This document shows positions 39,668-51,059 of a stretch of 64,000 nucleotides of DNA, in pieces. Where the stretch lies: the NCBI RefSeq assembly GCF_004010195.1, contig NC_057710.1, forward strand, positions 105,306,338 to 105,370,337, given 5' to 3'. The position numbers and the translations under genes are program-made. Each line of letters starts with the position of its first letter. Position 1 is the stretch's first letter. The notes below the pieces were generated by a model, which saw only the letters and a program-made list of their open reading frames with translations, had not been told where the DNA came from and made no database searches. This DNA is from Chiloscyllium plagiosum. Lineage: Eukaryota.

Positions 39668-39820
39668 ACCAATCTAAGGATCTAAGGAAGAAATTTTTTT
39701 CACTCAGAGGGTGATAGAAAGATGAACATGCTGCCTGAGAGGGTGGTAGAGACAGATATTATCACACTTAAAAAGCAGCTAGCTGATCACTTAAAACGTC
39801 AGGATGCAGTAGGCTATGGA

Positions 39821-39940
39821 TCGAGAGTGTGTGGTGCTGGAAGATTCTCCTGCTCCTCGGACGCTGCCTGACCTGCTGTGCTTTTCCAGCACCACACTCT
39901 CGACTCTGATCTCCAACATCTGCAGTCCTCACTTTCTCAT
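39821..39940 (+). mobile_element. Penelope pLTR mini-insertion with a short 5' inverted arm
   Basis: TSD AGTAGGCTATGGA/AGTAGGCTCTGGA at 39808-39820 and 39941-39953; fixed end GCAGTCCTCACTTTCTC. Confidence 0.85.
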
Positions 39941-40055
39941 AGTAGGCTCTGGACTAAGGGTGGGTAAATAAGATGAGTATAGTTTAGTGTTTATTGGTCG
40001 GCATTGACATGGTGGGCCAAAGGACCTGTTTGTATCTTGTATGACTGTTTGACTA

Positions 40056-41980
40056 ACTGTTATTTAAATGAAGAAAGACTGCAGTAAGTTTCATCACTGG
40101 GAGATTTGAGAGCACTTGTCTATGAATCAGAAAAACTAACATCCAAGTTCAACTGGTAATACAGAAGGCAAATGGAACATTGTCCTTTATTTCAAAAGGA
40201 ATGAAGAATAAAATTAGGGAGGTTTTGCTGAAATGATACAGAGTGCTGATCAGGCCACAGTTGTAATAGTGTGAACAATTTGGACCCCTATCTGAGGAAA
40301 GATATACTAGCTGTCCAGATTGACTCGGATGTTACCAGGTATAGATTTATTGTCTCATGAGGTTGGGCCTGTGCTCGTTGGAAATTAGAAGACTGAGACA
40401 CAAGATAGATTTTTAATCAGTAAGGAGATCAAGAGTTATGAGAGGAAGGCAAGAAATTGCTGTTAACATACAAACAAGGAACAAGAGAAGACCACTCAGC
40501 CTTTCACGGTCAATTTGATTTTAATCTCAATTCTACATCGCTGTTTATCCCCGTTAGACTTTCTCTAGTAAACGTTCTCAGAACTGCTTCAAGCACATTA
40601 ACATTCTTCCGGAAGTGTGTGGACCAGTACCAGACACAGTACACCAGGTACAGTCTCACAATGCCCTATGTAACTGAAGCATAACTTCCCTATCCTTCCA
40701 TTAATTTCCCCTCGCAATAAACCATTACATTCTACTAGCTTGCTGAGTACTTCTGTAATTGGAGATTAATTTTCTTTGATTCATGCACTAGGACACCCAG
40801 ATCTCTCTACATGTCAGAGCTCTGCAACCTTTCGTCATTGAGATAAAATGCTTTTTTTAGACTTTTCCTGCCAGAAAGCATGGACAATCTCACACTTTTC
40901 CAGATTGTTCTCCACTTGTCAGATCTTTGCCCACTCACTTAACCTTTCTATATCCCTTTGTAAGCTCATTATGTCTTATTAACCTTCTCCAAAATTCTTC
41001 ATACACATTTACAGCCTCCTGTACTCCAGATGTGTTACTATGGAAATGTATACTATGTATAGCTACAGCACTGGCTCTTTACTTTTGAATTTAATTGCCC
41101 TCACAATAAATTTTATGAGTTTTCTAGTTGGCTTGTTGCATCTGTATGCCAACTTTTTGTGATTTGTCCATGAGAAAATAGAGATCCTTTGGATCTCAGA
41201 GTTGCCTTGAAATAGGCAATCTATCTCAGTAGGGCAATTTTGACCTGCTGGAGTTTGGATGAATATGAGATGGCTGGATTGAAATGTGTCCAGGAGAGAT
41301 TTTGACAAGGGTGCATGTGAAAAGGATTCTAAAAGTTTCTTGAATTCAAGATTACTATTTAAAAATAAAAGGTCGCCAATTTAGTCAGAAGTAAGAAGTA
41401 ATATTTTGTCTTAGAGTGTCGTGAACAATACTCCCTGTAATTTTTTGAACAGTGTATGCGGCCTCAAGGTCATTGTATGGCAGTGACTTGTTTCTTGATT
41501 CTGTGATAAACCATAGCCCCCATCTGATTCTGTGATCTCAGCACAGTCAGAAGTGAATGCGTCAGCGCATTGTCAGACCTGTGCAATCCTCACAGAGGGT
41601 CGCTGCTACACAACATTGAGTGAGTCTCTTTTCCTGAAAAGGCAGTAGAAGCAGAGTCATAGAGTCATAGAGATGTACAGCATGGAAACAGACCCTTCGG
41701 TCCAACTTGTCCATGCCGACCAGATGTCCCAACCTAATCTAGTCCCACTTGCCAGCACTTGGCCCATATCCCTCTAAACCTTCCTACTCATATACCCATC
41801 CAGATGCCATTTAAATGTTGCAACTGTACAAGCCTCCGCCCCTTCCTCTGGCATTAGAGATAAATAGATTCTTCCTCAGCTTCAGATTGAAAGATTATTG
41901 CGGGTAGGCAGGCGATCAAATTCACTATGAACTTATAAAAGGGGGAGCAGGCTCGAGTGGCCAGCTCTGTTTCTATTTTT
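40056..41980. mobile_element. Cluster of old CR1 fragments in both orientations, including a minus-strand 3' UTR at ~41655-41853
   Basis: Repeated RT C-terminal and 3' UTR motifs; (CATAGAGT)n tail at 41655. Confidence 0.7.
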
Positions 41981-42149
41981 GAGATAGTTATATCCATCCT
42001 CAACCTGACTTGAACCTGTTTCTTCTAGTTCAGAGGGAGGGGCACTTCCACTGCCCTACAAGGGTCTTAAGCTTTATACTTATATGCTCATATATGCCCA
42101 GGTGTTAATGTGGCCAATATGTAGTTACTGAGATGTAATAAGTCACATC

Positions 42150-42430
42150 TTCCAATCCATGATAACAGCCTCATCTGCTGAGGCATATTCATGGTCCACC
42201 CTCCACTATAAACTACTGAACAATCCCTTATTCCAGAATGAGAAGGCGGATTGGTGATAAGACTCTACTTAATGTACATGCTACTGAAGATGAGTACCCA
42301 GGTATCGCATCATTTATAACATGGTGACAACAATGAGCTTCTCATCAGTTATGATACTCAGATCTAATATTACCAGGCTTCGACCATTGATGTCGATGAT
42401 GAGATGAATGAAAGAATTGGATAAAATTGT
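42150..42430 (+). mobile_element. Possible old RTE-type LINE RT fragment
   Basis: GATACTCAGATCTAATATT...GTCGATGATGAGATGAATGAAAGAATTGG resembles the YLGS..I....D.EIN.RI motif. Confidence 0.4.
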
Positions 42431-43084
42431 TGCCTTGACTGTGGGATCATCTTCTCACAACTTCTCCAGTTTGTGCAAGTGACATGGGCAAGATTCTCGC
42501 CAGGGTGAAGTGAATTCCCAAATGATGCTCTTTATCGCTTGTTAAATGGTTCATTGACAGCCTGACCCATGATAGGCTGTGAGCTCACCAAACTTGCCTT
42601 ACAAACTAGCCATCAGGAAAACACAGCACGGAAACCAGAGTAAATTCTTGGTGGGTTCCACTTGCTGCTTGTGCCAAAAGACCTCCATGTTGGACACTAG
42701 GCACTAACAGCTTCGAACACAACCCTGCCTTAAATTATCTCATCTTCTCTTTTTGCATTTTTCTCCCCATTAATCAGAAAGACCTGTCTCATAGATACTA
42801 ATATGGTGGTCTGTTTTGCTCCTTAAATAAGAGAGAGATCATTATTATTGAAGATGAAAGTGGGTTGCAGGACTGTAACTGCTGGCCCAGGTAGACAAAG
42901 TTCCAGAGTGAGTAAGCAGGCAGCACAAAGGGCATGCTGGGTTAGTATTATCATGGTTTAGTCTGGGTGAGTTGAATGGGGAAGAAGTTATATGTATCAC
43001 TTAAAGTGAAAGCATGAGCCTTGATGAGAGGGAGATGCAGTAACAGAGATAGAAAGAGTGTGAAGAACAGGAAAGGAATGGTAG

Positions 43085-43282
43085 CACTTACATACCGGAG
43101 TGGACAAGGACATTGACATTCTTCCGACAGCGCTTGGCATTCCTTCAGATGGCTGAAACACAGGTAGCAACCTAGAACTAGGCTACCATGACTTGGTATT
43201 GTGGTCTGCAGTGTTGGTCCTGAGGGAAGAGTAAGCCCAGTCTTTACACTACCACATCCAGCAGGATCTCCAGGATCATTCC
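43085..43282 (-). pseudogene. Harbinger-type Myb/SANT-like DNA-binding ORF remnant
   Basis: 'LEILLDVVV*RLGLLFPQD...VA*F*VATCVSAI*RNAKRCRKNVNVL' matches the Myb-like pattern LEVLL...LFP...AW..VA..VS...RT..QCRKK.NDL. Confidence 0.6.
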
Positions 43283-43429
43283 CATAAAGTAGGGCACGGA
43301 TTTATTTCTATCTGTGAAATCTGGAGTAAAGGTGCAGGGCAACTCCGGACTGACAGCGATTGTACAGCTGCACAGTAACATTTTAAAGAGATGCCAGTCA
43401 ATTCTGCTTGTGCACAGACCAGAGGGTGT

Positions 43430-43892
43430 TCATGGGAAGGTGCCGGGGTTTTTATTGGTGGTTGTGGAATAGACTAGGGTGTCCTGGAGGGAATGATCCC
43501 TGTAAAATGCAGACAGGGGAAGCTGCAGAAGGTGCACCACCTGCCCCTTCACCTCCTCCCTGCCCACCATCCAAAGGCTGAATAAGCCTTTCCAGGTGGA
43601 GTAACATTTCACCTGTACCTCTTCCAATCTTGTGTAATGCATTCACTGCATCCAATGTGGCCTTTGGAAAAACCAAACACAGACTGGCTGACCATTTCAC
43701 GGAACTCAGTGCGTAAGCAGGACCCTAGCCTTCCCATTGCTGGTCATTTTAACACAGCGTCCTGCTCACAAGCTCACATGTCTGTCCTCGGCATGCTGCA
43801 GTGTTCCAGTGAATCGCAGCACAAACTGTAGGAACATCTCATCTTCAGACGAGGCACTTCACATCCTTCTGGACTTAATATTAAATTCAACA
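43430..43892 (+). mobile_element. Penelope-like (Neptune-type) GIY-YIG fragment with an inverted 5' segment
   Basis: Plus strand 'CRRCTTCP...FTCTSSNLV*CIHC..C...IAGHFN...HLIFR..T..PSGLN'; the upstream peptide 'PLSAFYRDHSLQDTLV...PGTFP' is on the minus strand at 43430-43520. Confidence 0.8.
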
Positions 43893-44479
43893 TGTTTGCT
43901 AAATGTTCTTTTACCAAAAGATTCATCAGTAGCCATTTCTCCTTGTATAATACTGGATGAAAATAGGGTTGTGGCAATCTGGAACTCCCTGTCCAAAAGG
44001 GTGTTAGAGGCAGAAACCTTCATAATGTTTAAGAAGTATTTAGATATGCACTTGCAATGCCAATGAATACAAGGTTAAGGACGAAGTACTGGAAAGTAGA
44101 AATGGAATAGGTAGGAGGTTGTTTTTGACCAGCAAAACCCATTGGGCTGAAGGGCCTTTTCTGTGCTGTAAGGTTCTATGACTGTACATGCAACCCTTAG
44201 ACAAATAGTAGTTTAGAGTATACTGGGGCATCATATCAGGGCACCTGCAAACATATTGATTGTACACCAGAAATATGCAAGGTGTAGAAAGCTAAGTGCC
44301 ATTCTATCAAAGACATGTCTAATACAAACCTACCTTAACTGATCAATATAGTGTTAGGGATTTTACAATTCTAAATGCAATAAAATTGGCCTTATTGGCA
44401 ACCTCAGAAATAAGGTCTGAACCATTTGTTCACTACAATTAACGTGCTGAAACAGAACCATTAAGCAGAGTCAATCTGC

Positions 44480-44706
44480 CTGCGCTAAAACTCAGGTAAA
44501 AAGCTTGGCAGTTAACTATCATTCATCAATAACTGGATGCATTCTTCATGAGAATTCCACTCCCCAAACAAATCAGAGTCCATTTCTCAACCAATTGGCA
44601 TTCTTCTCTCATATGATGTAAGTGTTGTTTGCACTTGACATTGGTATTATTTGTGAATCGTCCTGATGAATGCAAGATTGAAAGCTACAAAACATATTTT
44701 TTTCAG
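44480..44706 (+). repeat. Dispersed repeat ending in a hammerhead-like core
   Basis: TCGTC-CTGATGA-ATGCAAGATT-GAAA-GCTA at 44658-44687; related to 21700-21950. Confidence 0.5.
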
Positions 44707-45294
44707 TTGTAATCCTTATTACTATGTCCAGACACTATTCAAATAAAATTATTTAAGGCAATTGACAATGTTTCACATGCAACGGGATTTTTTTAGGAAA
44801 TGCATTTGTAAAAAGAAGTTCTGGTATGAGTTGACAATGTACACTAATGGTTGCTTGGCCAAGTGCATAGCTGTGGAATGGATGATGTGAAGCGCATTGG
44901 CTGTGATGCTTGGATCTTTTAATATTGCACATGAGCAATGTATTAAATTGTTTGCCCATGTTGATTATTGCTGCACAAAAGTTAAACTAACATCGCAACA
45001 AGAAGTCATTGTAGACTGATGAATGCTTACATTTTTGAAATCACTGGTAAGGCTAATTTTCATACTAATCTCTCCTGTCATATTCAAATTGTAACCTGGA
45101 TTTTGAAGTGATTTTTTTGTATTTTTTTGCCATTACAGCACTTAAATGAAACATAACAGAAAAACATGTAAGTTTAATGAAACACAGAAACTTGAACATT
45201 GTACAAAAACAATTATCAGCTGATTAAAACACACATTTGATAATCATCATTTTCTGGTTACAAAATAGCAATGAATTAATTGGCTCCTGTTTGG

Positions 45295-47039
45295 ATTACT
45301 CCCGGTGCTATGAGCTAGTGAGGGCAGGAATAGGAGGTTAGAGCAGATGAATGCATGGCTGAGGAGCTGGTGCACGGGAGAAGGATTCACATTTTTGGAT
45401 CACTGGAATCTCTTTTGGGGCGGAAGTGATCTGTACAAGAAGGATGGATTACATTTAAATTGGAAGGGGACTAATATACTGGCAGGGAGATTAGTAAGAA
45501 CTGGTCAGGAGGATTTAAACTAGCTAGGTGGGGAGGTAGGATCCAGGGAGATAGTGAGAAAAGAGATCAATCTGAGACTGATACAGTTGAGAATAGAAGC
45601 AAATCGAACAGTCAGAGCAGGCAGGCTCAAAGCAGAGAACAAGGTTGGACTGATAAATTAAACTGCACTTATTTCAATGCAAGAGGCCTAACAGGGAAGG
45701 CAGATGAACTCAGGGCATGGTGAGGAAATACATCCAGGGAAGTTGTTTGGGTGGAACTGAGAAATAAGAAAGGGATGATCACCTTATTGGGATTGTATTA
45801 TAGACCCCCTAATAGTCAGGGGGAAATTGAGAAACAAATTTGTAAGGAGATCTCAGTTACCTGTAAGACTAATAGGGTAGTTATGGTAGGGGATTTTAAC
45901 TTTTCAAACATAGATATTGTGTTAAGGATTTAGATGGAATGGAATTTGTTAAGTGTCTACAAGAAAATTTTCTGATTCAGTATGTGGATGTACCTAGTAG
46001 AGAAGGTGCAAAACTTGACCTACTCTTGGGAAATAAGGCAGGGCAGGTGACTGAGGTATCAGTGGGGGAGCACTTTGGGGCCAGCGACCATAATTCTATT
46101 AATTTTTAAAATAGTGATGGAAAAGGATAGACCAGATTTAAAAGTTGAAGTTCTAAATTGGAGGAAGGCCAATTTTGATGGTATTAGGCAAGAACTTTCA
46201 AAAGCTGATTGGGCGCAGATGTTTGCAGGTAAAGGGACAGCTGGAAAATGGAAAGTCTACAGAAATGAGATAACAAGAGTCCAGAGAAAGTATATTCCTG
46301 TTAGGGTGAAAGGAAAGGCTGGTAGGTGTATGGAATGCTGGATGACTAAAGAAATTGAGGGTTTGGTTAAGAAAAAGAAGGAAGCATATGTCGGGTATAG
46401 ACAGGATAGATCAAGTGAATCCTGAGAAGACTATAAAAGTAGATGTATACGTAAGAGAGAAATCAGGAGGGCAAAAAGGGGACATGAGATAGCTTTGGCA
46501 AATACAGTTAAGGAGAATCCAAAGGGTTTTTACAAATACATTAAGGACAAAAGGGTAACGATGGAGAGAATAGGGCCCCTCAAAGATCAACAAGGCAGCC
46601 TTTGTATGGAGCCACAGGAGTTGGGGCAGATACTAAGCGAGTATTTTGCATCAGTATTTATTGTGGAAAAGGACATCGAAGATATAGAATACAGGGAAAT
46701 AGATGGTGACAGATTGAAAAATGTCCATATCACAGAGGAGGAAGTGCTGGATGTCTTGAAACGCATATAAGGGGATAAATACCGAGGACCTAATCAGGTG
46801 TACCCTAGACCTCTGTGGGAAGCTAGGGAAGCTAGGGGCCTCTTACTGAGATATATGTATCATCGATAGTCACAAGTGAGGTGCCAGAAGACTAGAGGTT
46901 GGCTAACGTGGTGCCAGTATTTAAGAAAGGTGGTAAGGACAAGCCAGGGAACTATAGACCAGTGAACCTGACGTCGGTGGTGGGCAAGTTATTGGAGGGA
47001 ATCCTGAGGGACAGGATGTACATGTATTTGGAAAGGCAA
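45295..47039 (+). mobile_element. CR1 LINE: ORF1 end, APE (internal deletion), start of RT
   Basis: 'GLYYRPPN...MVGDFN', ORFs 46075 and 46495, 'ANVVPVFKKG..PGNYRPVNLTS'. Confidence 0.92.
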
Positions 47040-47714
47040 NNNNNNNNNNNNNNNNNNNNNNNNNNNNNNNNNNNNNNNNNNNNNNNNNNNNNNNNNNNNN
47101 NNNNNNNNNNNNNNNNNNNNNNNNNNNNNNNNNNNNNNNNNNNNNNNNNNNNNNNNNNNNNNNNNNNNNNNNNNNNNNNNNNNNNNNNNNNNNNNNNNNN
47201 NNNNNNNNNNNNNNNNNNNNNNNNNNNNNNNNNNNNNNNNNNNNNNNNNNNNNNNNNNNNNNNNNNNNNNNNNNNNNNNNNNNNNNNNNNNNNNNNNNNN
47301 NNNNNNNNNNNNNNNNNNNNNNNNNNNNNNNNNNNNNNNNNNNNNNNNNNNNNNNNNNNNNNNNNNNNNNNNNNNNNNNNNNNNNNNNNNNNNNNNNNNN
47401 NNNNNNNNNNNNNNNNNNNNNNNNNNNNNNNNNNNNNNNNNNNNNNNNNNNNNNNNNNNNNNNNNNNNNNNNNNNNNNNNNNNNNNNNNNNNNNNNNNNN
47501 NNNNNNNNNNNNNNNNNNNNNNNNNNNNNNNNNNNNNNNNNNNNNNNNNNNNNNNNNNNNNNNNNNNNNNNNNNNNNNNNNNNNNNNNNNNNNNNNNNNN
47601 NNNNNNNNNNNNNNNNNNNNNNNNNNNNNNNNNNNNNNNNNNNNNNNNNNNNNNNNNNNNNNNNNNNNNNNNNNNNNNNNNNNNNNNNNNNNNNNNNNNN
47701 NNNNNNNNNNNNNN
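47040..47714. other. Assembly gap
   Basis: Run of N. Confidence 1.
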
Positions 47715-48485
47715 CCTCTCCCTATAGCTCAAATCCTCCAACCTTGGCAACATCCTTGTAAATCTTTTCTGAACCCTTTCAAGTTTCACAACATCTTTCC
47801 GATAGGAAGGAAACCAGAATTGCACGTAATATTCCAACAGTTGCCTAACCAATGTCCTGTACAGCTGCAACATGACCTCCCAACTCCCGTACTCAATACT
47901 CTGACCAATAAAAGAAAGCATACCAAACTTACTAACTGTACCTCTTATGCTCACATCCAAATCTTTTATGTAAATGACAAAAAGTAGTGGACCCAGCACT
48001 GATCTTTGTGGCACTAAATGCGAATTGCTGCATTTTGGGAAAGCAAATATTAGCAGGACTTACACACTTAATGGTAAGCTCCTGGGGAATGTTGCTGAAC
48101 AAAGAGACCTTGGAGTACAGGTTCATTGCTCTTTGAAAGTGGAGTCGCGGGTAGATAGGATAGTGAAGAAGGCGTTTGGTATGCTTTCCAGGCAACCAGC
48201 ATAGGTTTAGGGTGAGAGGGGGAAGATATAAAAGAGACCCAAGAGGCAACATTTTCACTCAGAGGGTGGTAAGTGTATGGAATGAGCTGCCAGAGGAAGC
48301 TGGTGGAGGCTAGTACAACTGCAACATTTAAAAGGCATTTGGATAGATATGAATAAGAAGTGTTTGGAGGGATATGGGCCAGGTGCTGGCAGGTGGGACT
48401 AGATTGGGTTGGGATATCTGGTCGGTATAGATGGGTTGGACTGAAGAGTCTGTTCCTGTGCTGTACATCTCTATGACTCTTGTGA
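47715..48485. mobile_element. Rearranged CR1 3' region (minus 47715-48014, plus 48015-48485)
   Basis: RT C-terminal segments on opposite strands; (GACTCT)-type tail at ~48470. Confidence 0.85.
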
Positions 48486-48853
48486 CTCTAATATTTAGAT
48501 GCAACCTTAGTGCTGCATCCTTCCCAGAATCTATGAGGTTCTTTTCAATTGCATTATTTGGATTACCTGAATTTGAGTCAAGCAAAGCGTGTTTTCTTGT
48601 ATTTGCTATTGGGCATGTCTACACATATTATATGCATTCAGTAAGCTTCACACAATCAGGAAGGAGAGTTCATGTCTGCAGTGAGACACAACCTGAGTGA
48701 GTATACAGTTCAGGGAGTTTAGAGGCAGCGTGGGCTTTCGGTGCAGAGGGAAAGAGATGGGTTTTGCTTGCTTTTTTGGCTCATAGTTTGAGAGTTTTTT
48801 TTTAACAGGATAAATTGAAGTCCAAGATCAGGGGTCCAGCACAAGTGTGATAT

Positions 48854-49532
48854 TATTATGAAGATGTGGGTGTACTGTATCTTTAAGTAAGTTAAACGTT
48901 GGTAGAGCTACTTGACAGCACTAAGTGTTCTCAGTAAGGGAGCAATGCAACACTTGGTTGAAAGCTAAATTAGCTGGTTGCCTAGAAATGACAAAACAGA
49001 GTTGAATTAGGCCAATCAGTTTAAATTATACCCCAAAAAATATCAAACTCCAATCCAGTTTGAATTGAGTATATTGACAATCTTAAAAGCCAATGACAGA
49101 ATCTAATGCTATGGTGGGTATAATACTCAGGAAAATTGAACAGTTGGGAGGAGAACTGCCCAGCTACCAGCATGTAAAAAGACTGCCTGAAAAATAGCTC
49201 TCTTAAAAGTACCTTTATCAATCAGTAACCTGTGAGGCAGAATCCCAAGGAAGAAGAAATGAAGACCCTGGAAGATCTAAATAGAAGAACCGAAAGCTGC
49301 CTGGTTTAGAGATAAGAAGCTTTGTTTTGTAAATCTCAATTGGGAGTTTTATCGGACTAGTATTGTGGAAGGGAAAAGTAAACGATAGGTTAGTGTATGG
49401 AGTTGTAAATAGTTGTTAGTTAATTATTCTCTGTTATACTTTATGAAATAAAGTTGTTAATTTTTACTTTAAATAATTCTTGGTCTCTTGAATTTTCACA
49501 GATTACTGCACAGGATAAATCTTTTCTGTGTT
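48854..49532 (+). repeat. 5' LTR (last ~45 bp missing relative to the 3' LTR)
   Basis: Aligns to 54713 onward up to AATCTTTTCTGTGTT; AATAAA at ~49447. Confidence 0.9.
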
Positions 49533-49558
49533 TGGGGCCTTGGGTCCATGATTTGAAC
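49533..49558 (+). promoter_or_regulatory. Degenerate primer-binding site, tRNA-Pro-like
   Basis: TGGGGCCTTGGGTCCATGATTTGAAC vs tRNA-Pro complement TGGGGGCTCGTCCGGGATTTGAAC. Confidence 0.65.
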
Positions 49559-49689
49559 TGGTTTAGACAGATTTGAATAGATTTGGGGACTGAAAAATCC
49601 TTGCAGATTTAAACACTTGCAGGTTAGTGTCTTAGATGTTGAAATAAAATGTAGGTGAGACAATTTGTTTAATTTTGGTGACTTGTGGT

Positions 49690-50900
49690 TGATTAAATTA
49701 AAAGTGACAGAAATAGCTCTTAAAATTGCAAAAGAGGTTCTGAGATTTGAAGATGATTCTCAATTTTGCCAAGAAAGTTTACAAGGTAAGAAAAAGGCCA
49801 TACTTTTAGAATTAGCAAATAAGTTAGATTTGGGTTTAACCAAGGACAAAATAAAGCTGAAATTGTCAGGGAATTACTAAAACACTTAGGAGTGTCAGAG
49901 AAACAGACAAGTACAATAGAGGTAGAAAAACTTAAATTACAATTGAAGAAAATGGAGTTAGAAGATAAACAAAGGGAGAGAGAAAGGGAGAGAGAAGAGA
50001 GGAAGAGAGAGAAAAAGAGAGAAGGGTCTTGGCTGAACAAAGAGAGAGAAGAAAGGGAAAGAGAAAGAGAGAGAGAGAAGAAAAAGAGAGAAAGTTCTTA
50101 GCTGAGCAAAAAGAGAGAGAATTTGAACTTGAGAAGTTGTGACTTAGTCAGCAAAGTCAAGTTAACAGGATGGAGATTAAAAGAGAAGGTAGTGATATAT
50201 ATATAAATATGTAAAAGCTCTGCCACATTTTGATGGGAAAGATGTTGAAGCTTTCTTTATTAAATTTGAAAAATTGGTTAGGCAGATGGAGTGATCCAAG
50301 GGTTTATGGGTAATGCTAGTTCAGACTAAACTGGTAGGCAGAGCTAGTGAGGTATTTTCCGTGCTGTCAGATGAGGTGTCAAGGGATTATGAAGAGGTTA
50401 AACAGGGTATTTTAAGTGCGTATGAATTGGTACCAGAAGCATTTAGACAGCGGTTCAGAAACACAAAGAAGGAACCAGGTCAGACTTATGTTGAGTTTGA
50501 AAGAATTAAACACAGTCATTTTGATCTCTGGCTGTGTGCGTTGAATATAGATAGGACATTTGAGGCTCTAAGAGAGATTATTCTGCTTGAGGAGTTTAAA
50601 AACTCACTTCCAGAAATGATAAGAATTCACATGGAGGAACAGGAAGTTCAGGAAGTGAGAAGGGCAGCAGAATTAGCAGATGAGTACATGTTGGTGCATG
50701 AGACAAGCTTCTGGCCAGAAGTTAGTCCTGTGAGGGATAGAAGTTGGGAGAAGGGGAGATTGTACATCACTAAACCAAGGGTAGACAGCACTGGTAAGAT
50801 TTTACCACAGGATAAAAAAGAAACTCAAGAGGGTTGAAAGGAGGTGAAAGGCCTCAGGTGTTCCCACTGTGGTAAAGTGGGACATGTAAAAACACAATGC
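49690..50900 (+). pseudogene. gag: gag: E/R/K coiled-coil, SCAN-like capsid domain, CCHC zinc knuckle
   Basis: 'YELVPEAFRQRFR...LREIILLEEFKNSLP...AAELADEY'; CSHCGKVGHVKTQC at 50859-50900. Confidence 0.85.
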
Positions 50901-51059
50901 TGGTCATTAAAGCAAGGCACTGTGGGAAAAGATGGGGTAAAAGAAGCTAAGCCAGTGGCATTAGTGAAGGTAGTGAAGGAGACCCCAAGAAGAGCCGAGG
51001 AGCTGCAGGAGAGTGCACAGCCCAGACAGGGGCTGGGTATGGAGTTAGTACCTGATCTC

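Larger units (their letters stand above)
35545..40055 (+). mobile_element. Long CR1 LINE (ORF1, APE largely deleted, RT, 3' UTR) with three nested insertions
   Basis: ORF1 homologous to 10400-11500, ORF 36683..37126, 'SKFADDTK' at ~38700, 3' UTR at ~39960-40055. Confidence 0.85.

Noticed and set aside
39372-39677. Repeated peptide CGRKPEHPEETHADTGRMCKLHT in several ORFs
   Set aside because: Antisense translation of the HE1-type SINE, not a protein family
46899-48014. Longest ORFs in the track (362 and 341 aa)
   Set aside because: Artefacts of translating through the N gap; the flanks are CR1
50313-50837. Host SCAN-domain zinc-finger gene
   Set aside because: Lies within LTR-bounded gag-pol; no C2H2 fingers
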